32,000 bases of DNA from Sinorhizobium meliloti (GCF_017876815.1 NZ_JAGIOS010000001.1:3810001-3842000); one strand, 5' to 3'; shown: positions 17,387 through 25,503, counted from the stretch's first letter. The notes: generated by a model from the sequence alone, not told the origin. Made by a program: numbers and translations.

Positions 17387-18244
17387 CTATCCCTGCCCCG
17401 CATCGGCCAATCGGGCCTCCTCACCCTCGGGGCCGTCCTTCTGGACAACCTTGAGATCGATCGAGGCCTTGACGGGCAGATGGTCCGAAGCGACGCGCGC
17501 CAGCGGCGTGTCGTGCACGGCCACCGAGGTCACCAGATGATGCGGATTGCCGAGAACCCGGTCGAGCGGCAGCAGCGGAAAGCGCGAGGGAAAACTGGCA
17601 ACGGCTGAATGCGACGGGTCGAATATCGGACTGAGGAAGCTGAGCGAGGAGCGTTTGCCCATGCGCCACTCGTTGAGGTCGCCGATCAGCAGCGTCGGCC
17701 GGCCGGCACCGTCCGCCGTCGCCTTCAAAAGCGTTTCCGCCTGGCGCGCCCGGGAATGACGCAGCAGGCCCAGGTGAGCGGCGATCACCCGCAACGGTCC
17801 CGCTTTCAGGTCGAGATCGACGACGAGGGCACCGCGCGGCTCGACGCCCGGCAATTTCAGCTGCCGCACGTCGGAAACCGCACCCTCACGGATAAGCAGG
17901 ACGTTGCCATGCCATCCGTGGCCTTTCTCGCTAAAAGGCGAAATCGGAACGGAGACAAGATGCGCCTCACGGCGCAGGTGCTCGAGATCCAGGAGCCCCG
18001 CGCGCTCGCCGAATCTCTGGTCGGCCTCCTGAAGCGCGACGATATCCGCACCGATCTCGGCGATGACCTGCGCAATTCGCGGCGGGTCGAAGCGCCCGTC
18101 GGTGCCCACGCATTTGTGGATATTATAGGAGGCGATCACGATGTCGCCGCGGTTCACGGCGGCATCACGGTTGACGACCGTGGGCCGTCGCTTTCGTATC
18201 GCCGCCAAAATGCCCGCGGATAGATTGCCTTGCGCCTTTGCCAT
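17387..18244 (-). CDS. Endonuclease/exonuclease/phosphatase (EEP) family protein
   Basis: EEP signatures: IVIASYNIHKC, DIVALQEAD, LLIGDLNEW, and C-terminal ASDHLPV. I prefer the ATG at 18244 (MAKAQGN...), which is preceded by AGGGAG. The alternatives are the ATGs at 18271 and 18268. Confidence 0.85.
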   Translation of the reverse strand: MAKAQGNLSAGILAAIRKRRPTVVNRDAAVNRGDIVIASYNIHKCVGTDGRFDPPRIAQVIAEIGADIVALQEADQRFGERAGLLDLEHLRREAHLVSVPISPFSEKGHGWHGNVLLIREGAVSDVRQLKLPGVEPRGALVVDLDLKAGPLRVIAAHLGLLRHSRARQAETLLKATADGAGRPTLLIGDLNEWRMGKRSSLSFLSPIFDPSHSAVASFPSRFPLLPLDRVLGNPHHLVTSVAVHDTPLARVASDHLPVKASIDLKVVQKDGPEGEEARLADAGQG

Positions 18245-18415
18245 GCCGCTCCCTGCTTGCTGCCGCATCATGCTCAAATAGGTCGGGCGGTGCTACCGAA
18301 AAAGTATCTATCGCCGATGTTGTTCCTTCCGGTGCCGAGGCACTTGCAGTCAGCCCTCATGGCGCAATAGAGATGCGGATCGCCATCCGATTGCAGCATT
18401 CGAAGAGTCGATATC

Positions 18416-19663
18416 ATGTCCATCGCCCCCGGTATCACCATCGACGGCCCCGCCCGGCGCGTCTCCCTTGACGTCCGCAACCCCCGTTTCTTCCGCAATC
18501 CGCTGCCGGCCTACGCGGCGCTCCATGCGCAATGTCCGGCCTTTTTCTGGGAAGAGCCGCAGCAGTGGTTCTTTGCGGGCTACGAGCAGGTGAACAGCCT
18601 GTTGCGCGACCGTCGCTTCGGCCGACAGATCCTGCATGTCGCGACCCGGGAAGAACTCGGCATGCCGGAGCCGAAACCGCATCTGAAAGATTTCGATGCA
18701 CTCGAGGCGCACTCGCTGCTCGAACTGGAGCCTCCGGCCCATACGCGGCTGCGCACGCTCGTCAACCGCGCCTTCGTCTCCCGTCAGATCGAACAGCTCA
18801 GGCCGGAAATCGAGGCGCTCTCGCATGCGGTGATCGACGGCTTCGAGAAGGATGGCGAGACCGAGCTGTTGAAGACCTATGCCGAGACGATCCCGGTAAC
18901 CATCATCGCGCGGATGCTCGGCATTCCGGTCGAAGCGGCGCCGCGTCTGCTCGACTGGTCGCACCGCATGGTGAAGATGTACGTGTTCAATCCCAGCCTG
19001 GAAACGGAGTTCGACGCCAACAATGCATCGGCGGAGTTCGCCGACTACCTGAAAGGGATCATAGCCGAGAAGCGGACAAACCCCGCCGACGACCTGCTCA
19101 CGCATATGATCACCTCGGAGAAAGACGGCGAGCGCCTGTCGGACGCGGAGCTGATTTCGACCACGGTCCTCCTTCTGAATGCGGGCCACGAGGCGACGGT
19201 TCATCAGATCGGCAATGCCGTGCGCACGATCCTGCAGTCCGGCCTCTCGCCCGCCGAACTTTTCTCGGACGAGAAGGCGACGGAGCGCACCGTGGAGGAG
19301 TGTCTGCGCTTCGCCGCGCCCTTGCACATCTTCCAGCGCTACGCCCTCATGGATATCGAGCTGGAGAACGGCATCGCCCTCAGGAAAGGGGACAAGATCG
19401 GCCTGATGCTGGGGGCGGCGAACGTCGATCCGCGCAAATTCTCCTCTCCCGATGCGTTCAGGCCGGACCGCAACGAAGGCGCCAATGTTTCGTTCGGCGC
19501 CGGCCTGCACTTCTGCATCGGCGCACCGCTGGCACGGCTGGAGTTGCAGATTTCGCTGCCGATCCTGTTCCGACGGCTTCCCGGGATGCGGCTCAAGAAC
19601 GAGCCGCCGGTCAAGGACGCCTTCCACTTTCATGGTCTGGAGCGGCTCGATCTGGTCTGGTGA
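18416..19663 (+). CDS. Cytochrome P450 (415 aa)
   Basis: Heme-thiolate loop FGAGLHFCIGAPLA, I-helix NAGHEAT, K-helix EECLR. The 427-aa antisense ORF is a mirror artefact. Confidence 0.93.
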   Translation: MSIAPGITIDGPARRVSLDVRNPRFFRNPLPAYAALHAQCPAFFWEEPQQWFFAGYEQVNSLLRDRRFGRQILHVATREELGMPEPKPHLKDFDALEAHSLLELEPPAHTRLRTLVNRAFVSRQIEQLRPEIEALSHAVIDGFEKDGETELLKTYAETIPVTIIARMLGIPVEAAPRLLDWSHRMVKMYVFNPSLETEFDANNASAEFADYLKGIIAEKRTNPADDLLTHMITSEKDGERLSDAELISTTVLLLNAGHEATVHQIGNAVRTILQSGLSPAELFSDEKATERTVEECLRFAAPLHIFQRYALMDIELENGIALRKGDKIGLMLGAANVDPRKFSSPDAFRPDRNEGANVSFGAGLHFCIGAPLARLELQISLPILFRRLPGMRLKNEPPVKDAFHFHGLERLDLVW

Positions 19664-19691
19664 GTGCGGCTCGAAATCGCTACACTCCCCT

Positions 19692-20166
19692 CCTCATTCC
19701 TGTGCTTGTCACAGGAATCCAGCCAGACCAAGTCCTTGGGCTGAAACACTCTTCCCGCGCCGCAGACGCGGCGCTGCTGGATCCCTGTGACAGGCACAGG
19801 GATGAGGGTGGAAGTGGGGACGGATGCCGTCCGTCGATACGGAGATACTATCCTCAGGCCGAGCCGCAGGTGAAATATGCCCGCACACCCACAAGCGGAC
19901 ACTGCCCGTAACGCATACCTTCCCCCAACCTCATTCCTGTGCCCGTCACAGGAATCCAGCAAGCCCAAGTCCTTGGGCTTAAAGAACTGTTCGGCGCCGC
20001 AGACGCGGCGCTGCTGGATCCCTGTGACAAGCACAGGGATGAGGGTGGACGTGGGGACGGATGCCGTCCGTCGATACGGAGATACTATCCTCAGGCCGAG
20101 CCGCAGGTGAAATATGCCCGCACACCCGCAAGCGGACACTGCCGTAACGCATACCTTCCCCAACGT
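19692..20166. repeat. Family A mosaic element, two complete tandem units (about 237-bp period)
   Basis: 19692-19928 and 19929-20166 are near-identical. Modules in order: cctcattCCTGTG-N5-CACAGGaatccagc, cccaagtccttggg, gccgcagacgcggc, atCCCTGTGaca-gCACAGGGat, ggacgg-atg-ccgtcc, then ...caggtgaaatatgcccgcacaccc-caagcggacactgcc. Same family as 411-690. Confidence 0.85.
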
Positions 20167-20183
20167 CCTCATCGCGGCCGGCG

Positions 20184-20525
20184 TCAGACGCGGATCACGT
20201 AGTCCTTGCGAGTCGTTTCAACGACTTCCCAGGTTCCCTTGAAGCCGGGTCTCAGCACCAGGCTGTCGCCGGCTCTGAGATGAAGGGGTACCCCGCCCTC
20301 TTCGGTCACGATCGAATGACCGGAGAGGATGTGGAAATATTCCCACTCGTCATAGACGATGCGCCATTTGCCGGGCGTGGCCTCCCATATGCCCGCATAG
20401 AGCCCGCCGGCCTCCTCGAAATTCCAGGTGCGAAATTCCGGATTTCCAGAAATCAGCCTGTCGGGCGCCGGCGCCCCGATCTCAGCCTCGAGGGAAGACG
20501 GATCGAAATTCAGCATATGGCTCAT
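20184..20525 (-). CDS. Small cupin (EutQ-like/DUF861-type), 113 aa
   Basis: Single cupin barrel: WEYFHILSGHSIVTEEGG...LRAGDSLVLRPGFKGTWEV. ATG at 20525 is preceded by GGAGG, 18 nt after the metY stop. Confidence 0.85.
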   Translation of the reverse strand: MSHMLNFDPSSLEAEIGAPAPDRLISGNPEFRTWNFEEAGGLYAGIWEATPGKWRIVYDEWEYFHILSGHSIVTEEGGVPLHLRAGDSLVLRPGFKGTWEVVETTRKDYVIRV

Positions 20526-20543
20526 GGGAAGCCTCCACGCCTC

Positions 20544-21824
20544 TCAGGCCTTGCCCAGCGCCTGTTCGAGATCGGCAATGATGTCGGCCACATCCTCGAT
20601 GCCGACCGACAACCGGATGACGTCGGGTCCGGCGCCTGCGGCGACCTGCTGCTCCGGCGTGAGCTGCCGGTGCGTGGTCGATGCGGGGTGGATGACGAGC
20701 GAACGCGTGTCGCCGATATTGGCAAGATGGGAGAACATTTCCAGTGCCTCGACAAAGCGCTTTCCCGCCTCGTATCCGCCCGCGAGCCCGAAGGTGAAAA
20801 CGGCTCCCGCCCCCTTCGGCGAGTAGCGTTTCTGCAGTGCGTGGTTCGGATCGTCTTCGAGCCCGGAATAGCGGACCCAGGAGACCTTTTCATGTCCCTT
20901 CAGCCATTTGGCGACCTCCAGCGCGTTGTCGCAATGGCGCTGCATCCTCAGCGGCAGCGTCTCGACGCCGGTCTGGATCAGGAAGGCGTTGAAGGGCGAA
21001 ATGGCCGGACCGAAGTCCCTCAGACCCAATACCCGTGCGGCGATGGCGAAGGCGAAGTTGCCGAAGGCCTGGTGCAGGACGACGCCGCCATATTCGGGCC
21101 TCGGCTCCGACAGCAGCGGATACTTGCCGGATTTCGACCAGTCGAACGTACCGCCGTCGACGATGATGCCGCCCATCGAATTGCCGTGACCGCCGATGAA
21201 CTTGGTGAGCGAATGGACGACGATATCGGCGCCGTGTTCGAGCGGCCGCATCAGATAGGGCGTCGCCATCGTATTGTCGACGATGAGCGGCAGTCCGTGT
21301 CGCCGCGCAACGTCAGCGATTGCGGCTATGTCGACGAAGGTGCCGCCCGGATTGGCGAGGCTTTCGATGAAGATCGCCTTGGTGCGTTCGTCGATCTGCG
21401 CATCGAAGCTTTCGGGCTCCGCCGAATCGGCCCAGCGGACCTGCCAGTCGAAGGCCTTGAAGGCATGGCCGAACTGATTGGCCGACCCGCCGTAAAGCTG
21501 TCTGGCGGAAACGAAATTGTCACCCGGCCTCATGATCGTATGGAAAACCAGCAGCTGGGCCGCATGCCCCGAGGAAACGGCCAGCCCGGCGGTCCCGCCT
21601 TCGAGCGCCGCGATCCGCTCCTCCAGCACCGCCTGCGTCGGATTCATGATGCGGGTATAGATATTGCCGAATTGCTGGAGGCCGAAGAGTGCGGCCGCAT
21701 GATCCGTGTCGTTGAAGACGAAGCTGGTCGTCTGATAGATCGGCGTCGCCCGCGCACCGGTCGTCGGATCGGGCTGGGCCCCGGCGTGAATTGCAAGCGT
21801 GCTGAATCCGGGTCCGGCTTTCAT
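20544..21824 (-). CDS. metY: O-acetylhomoserine aminocarboxypropyltransferase/sulfhydrylase (PLP-dependent, Cys/Met metabolism family)
   Basis: FSTLAIHAGAQPDPTTGARATPIYQTTSFVF, NPTQAVLEERIAALEGG, and PLP-lysine context HSLTKFIGGHGNSMGG. Strong SD GAGGGAGGA. Confidence 0.92.
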   Translation of the reverse strand: MKAGPGFSTLAIHAGAQPDPTTGARATPIYQTTSFVFNDTDHAAALFGLQQFGNIYTRIMNPTQAVLEERIAALEGGTAGLAVSSGHAAQLLVFHTIMRPGDNFVSARQLYGGSANQFGHAFKAFDWQVRWADSAEPESFDAQIDERTKAIFIESLANPGGTFVDIAAIADVARRHGLPLIVDNTMATPYLMRPLEHGADIVVHSLTKFIGGHGNSMGGIIVDGGTFDWSKSGKYPLLSEPRPEYGGVVLHQAFGNFAFAIAARVLGLRDFGPAISPFNAFLIQTGVETLPLRMQRHCDNALEVAKWLKGHEKVSWVRYSGLEDDPNHALQKRYSPKGAGAVFTFGLAGGYEAGKRFVEALEMFSHLANIGDTRSLVIHPASTTHRQLTPEQQVAAGAGPDVIRLSVGIEDVADIIADLEQALGKA

Positions 21825-21851
21825 CGTCGTTCCTCCCTCACTTATTAAGGA

Positions 21852-22280
21852 TCATCCGACCAGTCGCGGATATTCGATTGCCGGGCAACGGTCCATGACG
21901 ACCTTGATGCCTGCGGCCTCAGCCTTGGCGGCAGCTGCGTCGTCGCGGACGGACAGTTGTCCCCAGATGACCTTGGGCAGGGCCGGCAGCGCCAGGATCT
22001 CGTCGACGAGCGCGGGCAAGGCCGAAGCCGCACGGAAGACGTCCACCATGTCGATCGGCTCCCCTATATCCGCGAGGCGCGCTACCACCGGCTGGTCGAG
22101 GATCGTGCCGCCCGCATGGCCGGGATTGACCGGAATGACGCGGTATCCCTTGCGGAGAAGGAAGGCCATGACGCGATAGCTCGGCCGTTCCGGCTTCGGC
22201 GAGGCGCCGACGAGCGCGATGGTCTTCGTCTCGCGCAGGATGTCGGCAAGATAATAGTCCGGGTAGGCGTCGTGGTTCAT
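21852..22280 (-). CDS. CoA-binding domain protein (YccU-like), 142 aa
   Basis: TKTIALVGASPKPERPSYRVMAFLLRKGYRVIPVNP...IDMVDVFR fits a Rossmann-type CoA-binding fold. The start is the ATG at 22280 (MNHDAY...). The stop is 27 nt upstream of the metY ATG. Confidence 0.85.
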   Translation of the reverse strand: MNHDAYPDYYLADILRETKTIALVGASPKPERPSYRVMAFLLRKGYRVIPVNPGHAGGTILDQPVVARLADIGEPIDMVDVFRAASALPALVDEILALPALPKVIWGQLSVRDDAAAAKAEAAGIKVVMDRCPAIEYPRLVG

Positions 22281-22471
22281 GCTTGTTGTCCGGGCATGTT
22301 CATCATGCGGAGCGATAGTTGGCGTGGAGCGGCCGCGAGTCAACCGAGGCACCTTCCCCCGGCCATGCATTTCAACCGTTTCGTTGCGATCGATCCGTAA
22401 TTCCGGTTGCATTTCGGCAAATGCGAGCCCACAACCGGCTTTCCCGCCCAATCACCCCGCCGAGGTTCATC

Positions 22472-23308
22472 TTGCCGCCGGACGTCATTGCGCTCGTACT
22501 TCTCGGAGCGCTGCTGCACGCGACCTGGAATGCGCTCGTCAAGGCCGGTACGGAAAAATCGCTCGACGCCGCCATGGTGTCGCTTGGCGGCGCGGTCGTG
22601 GCGCTCCCCTTCCTGCCCTTCCTCCCGATGCCCGGTTCCGAGGCCGTGCCTTACATCCTGGTTTCGGCACTTTTCCAGTTCGCCTATTTCCAGCTGGTCG
22701 CAGCCGCGTACCGGGCCGGCGATATCGGGCTGGTTTATCCCTTGATGCGCGGCGTCGCTCCTCTGATCGTTGCGGCGACGAGCAGCCTCGTCATCGGCGA
22801 GAAACTGACCGGCGGCGCGATGGCCGGCATCATGACGATCTCCGCGGGCGTGCTGACGCTCGCCTTCGAATCCCGCAAGGGCGGCAGGCACGCCATCGTT
22901 CTGGCACTGCTCAACGCCTGCGTTATCGCGAGCTATACCTATGTCGACGGGATAGGCGCCCGCATTTCCGGCAATGCCATATCCTACACGCTCTGGATGG
23001 CATTGCTGCCGCCGGTCCTTCTCTTCGGCTGGGCCTTTGCCCGACGCGGCGTCAAGCCGGTCGCGCGGCATGTGAGCCGTCACTGGTGGCGCGGGCTTAT
23101 CGGCGGCGCCGGATCGATCGGCTCCTATGGCCTTGCGCTCTGGGCGATGACGAAAGCCCCGGTCGCCACCGTCGCGGCGCTCCGCGAAACGGCAATCCTC
23201 TTTGCCGTGGTCATCTCCGTCGTGTTCCTCAAGGAGCGCGTCAGCGCCTGGCGCATCATCGCCGCCTTCATCATTGCGCTCGGTGCCTTGCTGCTCAGGC
23301 TCGCCTGA
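22472..23308 (+). CDS. DMT/EamA-family transporter
   Basis: About 10 hydrophobic segments. EamA-like N-terminus PPDVIALVLLGALLHATWNALVKAG. I prefer the TTG at 22472 (GAGG 6 nt upstream). The in-frame ATG at 22421 is the alternative start. Confidence 0.85.
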   Translation: MPPDVIALVLLGALLHATWNALVKAGTEKSLDAAMVSLGGAVVALPFLPFLPMPGSEAVPYILVSALFQFAYFQLVAAAYRAGDIGLVYPLMRGVAPLIVAATSSLVIGEKLTGGAMAGIMTISAGVLTLAFESRKGGRHAIVLALLNACVIASYTYVDGIGARISGNAISYTLWMALLPPVLLFGWAFARRGVKPVARHVSRHWWRGLIGGAGSIGSYGLALWAMTKAPVATVAALRETAILFAVVISVVFLKERVSAWRIIAAFIIALGALLLRLA

Positions 23309-23350
23309 GGCCTAGGACATAAAGCGCGCCGCGCTGTAGGTCGTTATCAT

Positions 23351-23395
23351 GCATGTCGTTATCCCAAAACCGCTGCACACTTTTGGGCGGCATGC
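23351..23395. repeat. Conserved-loop hairpin element (copy 2); apical loop CCGCTGCACAC
   Basis: gcatgtcg-ttat-CCCAAAA-ccgctgcacac-TTTTGGG-cggcatgc. The loop is the same as at 7303-7350, but the inner stem is CCCAAAA/TTTTGGG instead of GGAAAA/TTTTCC. It sits between convergent gene ends. Confidence 0.7.
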
Positions 23396-23396
23396 A

Positions 23397-24219
23397 CTAT
23401 TCCTCCTTCCATTCCGGCATGCGCTTGCCGAGAAAGGCACCGATACCTTCCTCGGCATCGCGGGCGAGCATGTTCTCGACCATCACGCCGACAGCGAAGT
23501 CGTAAGCATCGGCAAGCGGCATTTCGGCCTGGCGATAGAAAGCCTCCTTGCCGATCTTCAGCGCCTGCGGCGACTTCGAGGCGATGATCGACGCATATTT
23601 GTCGATGACCTGGCGCAGATATTGCTGCGGGACGATGCGGTTGACGAGACCGAACTCCTTCGCTGTCCCGGCATCGATCGTCTCACCGGTCAAAAGCATC
23701 TCCATCGCCTGCTTGCGATGGGCAGCGCGCGTCAAGGCGACCATCGGCGTAGAACAGAAAAGACCGATATTCACGCCGGGGGTGCAGAAGGTCGACGTGT
23801 CGGTGCAGATCGCGAGATCGCAACTGGCGACCCAGCTGGCAGCCCGCGGCGGTCGCGAGGCCGTCGACTTCGGCGATGACCGCCTGCGGCAGCCTGGTGA
23901 TCGTCAGCATGACTTCGGCTGCAAGGCGAATCGTTCGCTCGAAGAACGCCCGGCCTCCGTCCGGGTCGGCCCTGTGGGAGGTCATTTCCTTGAGATCGTG
24001 GCCGGCGGAGAAGAGCTTGCCTGTCGCGGCGATCACGACGACCTTGATCTCCTTCGAGACGGACGCCTCCTCGAGCGCCGCCAGCAATGCTTCCATCAGG
24101 GCGGTCGAAAGCACGTTTGCCGGGGGATTGTTCAGTGTAAGCCGCAGGACCGGGCCGTTGAACTCGCGCAGCAAGGGTCCGTTCGACTCTTCTTTCCTGA
24201 ATGAAACGACGTCCGCCAT
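23397..24219 (-). pseudogene. Enoyl-CoA hydratase/isomerase (crotonase) family gene disrupted by a 1-nt insertion
   Basis: The N-terminal part (MADVVSFRKEE...AEVDGLATAAGCQL) and the C-terminal part (VASCDLAICTDTSTFCTPGVNIGLFCSTPMVAL...KRMPEWKEE) are in different frames. Removing one G from the GGG run (plus-strand ccc, 23831-23833) restores a canonical 273-aa crotonase. ATG at 24219 is preceded by GGGAGAG. Confidence 0.85.
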
Positions 24220-24387
24220 GGTTCTCTCCCATATCGAAGTTCGTGCCGTGGTACGCCGCCGTCGCCGCTCTTTCAAGCCCGCGCGCCGGTCTGACCCATA
24301 ACTGCGTAAGACCAATTTCCCGCTTGCGCGGCGCTCCAGGACGTCCTGTAACGGGTGCAACCGAGGCACGTAACATGGAGAGGCGCG

Positions 24388-24819
24388 ATGACCCTGCAGC
24401 CGGTCATGAACGTCGATGAGCTCAACCGCTTTCTCGACACCGATTTTCCGCAGGTCCACACGGACGGGAAGGTCTTCTCGGTAACCGAGACCGGACCGGG
24501 CTTCGCCACGATGCGGCTCGACCCGAACGAGCGCCACATCCGTCCGGGCGGCACGGTCTCGGGCCCGACACTCTTCGCGCTGGCGGACGTGTCGGCCTAT
24601 ATCGCGCTCATCGCGCATATCGGTCCGGTCGCGCTTGCCGTCACCACCAGCCTCAACATCAACTTCCTGCGCAAGCCGGAACCGGAACCACTCGAATGTA
24701 CCTGCCGGATTCTCAAGCTCGGCAAACGGCTGGCCGTTCTCGACGCCTCGATAAAGCCGGTGGCAAGCCCCGATTTGGTCGCTCATGCGACGGCGACCTA
24801 TTCGATTCCGCCCCGCTGA
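24388..24819 (+). CDS. PaaI-family (hotdog-fold) thioesterase
   Basis: GGTVSGPTLFALADVSAYIAL...TTSLNINFLRKP...LGKRLAVLD is typical of PaaI/YigI-like thioesterases. ATG at 24388 follows GGAGAGG. Confidence 0.85.
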   Translation: MTLQPVMNVDELNRFLDTDFPQVHTDGKVFSVTETGPGFATMRLDPNERHIRPGGTVSGPTLFALADVSAYIALIAHIGPVALAVTTSLNINFLRKPEPEPLECTCRILKLGKRLAVLDASIKPVASPDLVAHATATYSIPPR

Positions 24820-24896
24820 AGTGTGGTATTATGAAACCACACTATTAACTGTTTGATTTTGCTTCGTCTTCTTTCATGACGCGCGGAAAGTCGGCC

Positions 24897-24925
24897 TTGA
24901 CCTTGTTTGCGAGCTTCCGTATAAG
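24897..24925 (+). promoter_or_regulatory. Candidate sigma-70 promoter upstream of rplM-rpsI
   Basis: TTGACC (24897-24902), a 17-nt spacer, then TATAAG (24920-24925), about 115 nt upstream of the rplM ATG. Confidence 0.5.
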
Positions 24926-24937
24926 CTGCCCCAGATC

Positions 24938-24965
24938 GCGGTCCGACTGGGCCGCCTTCTTTTTT
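24938..24965 (+). terminator. Terminator-like hairpin plus T-run in the rplM leader (attenuator candidate, or terminator of the upstream thioesterase gene)
   Basis: gcggtcc-gact-gggccgc (7 bp including one G-U pair) followed by cttctttttt. It begins about 13 nt after the candidate -10 element. Confidence 0.45.
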
Positions 24966-25038
24966 GCCCTCCTCGAGGTCAAAGCAAGCAACAAGAAACG
25001 CCCGGCTTCGTTCCGGGTCCAAACGAAAGAGTTTAGAT

Positions 25039-25503
25039 ATGGCAACCTTCGTTCAGAAGCCTGCAGAGGTGGAGAAGAAGTGGATCCTCATCGACGCCGA
25101 AGGCCTCGTTGTCGGTCGCCTCGCTTCCCTCATCGCAAACCGCCTGCGCGGCAAGCATAAAGCCACCTACACGCCGCATGTCGACGACGGCGACAACGTC
25201 ATCGTCATCAATGCAGAGAAGGCCGTCCTCACCGGCAAGAAGTACACCGACAAGAAGTACTACTGGCACACCGGTTACCCCGGCGGCATCAAGGAGCGCA
25301 CCGCGCGCCAGATCATCGAAGGCCGCTTCCCGGAGCGCGTCATCGAGAAGGCCGTCGAGCGCATGGTTCCGCGCGGCCCGCTCGGCCGTCGCCAGATGAA
25401 GAACCTGCGTGTCTACGCCGGCTCGAACCACCCGCACGAAGCACAGCAGCCGGCCGTCCTCGACGTCGCCAAGCTGAACAGCAAGAACACAAGGAGCGCC
25501 TGA
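25039..25503 (+). CDS. rplM: 50S ribosomal protein L13
   Basis: [46 protein letters not shown]...[13 protein letters not shown] at 25039. Confidence 0.97.
   Translation: MATFVQKPAEVEKKWILIDAEGLVVGRLASLIANRLRGKHKATYTPHVDDGDNVIVINAEKAVLTGKKYTDKKYYWHTGYPGGIKERTARQIIEGRFPERVIEKAVERMVPRGPLGRRQMKNLRVYAGSNHPHEAQQPAVLDVAKLNSKNTRSA

Noticed and set aside
19692-20166. Possible CRISPR array (also considered for 747-1271)
   Set aside because: There are only two copies, with about 237-267-bp units abutting each other and no unique spacers. The units are themselves composites of several hairpins, and there are no cas genes in the window.
22281-22471. SAM-II-type riboswitch in the leader of the CoA-binding/metY operon (GUGAUUGGGCGGGAAAGCC-like stretch on the minus strand)
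   Set aside because: The resemblance to the remembered GYGAUUU...AAAGCU pattern is weak. The spacing is too short for the pseudoknot, and the stretch lies at the 5' end of the opposite-strand transporter gene region. It needs a covariance-model scan before any claim.
24845-25045. 66-aa minus-strand ORF upstream of rplM whose C-terminal half (…[32 protein letters not shown]) looks protein-like with G/C-rich third positions
   Set aside because: Its only start codon (25045) lies inside the rplM coding start. The strong GAGGAGGG on that strand is not followed by any ATG, GTG or TTG. The ORF also overlaps the rplM promoter and leader. It is most likely chance, or a relic.
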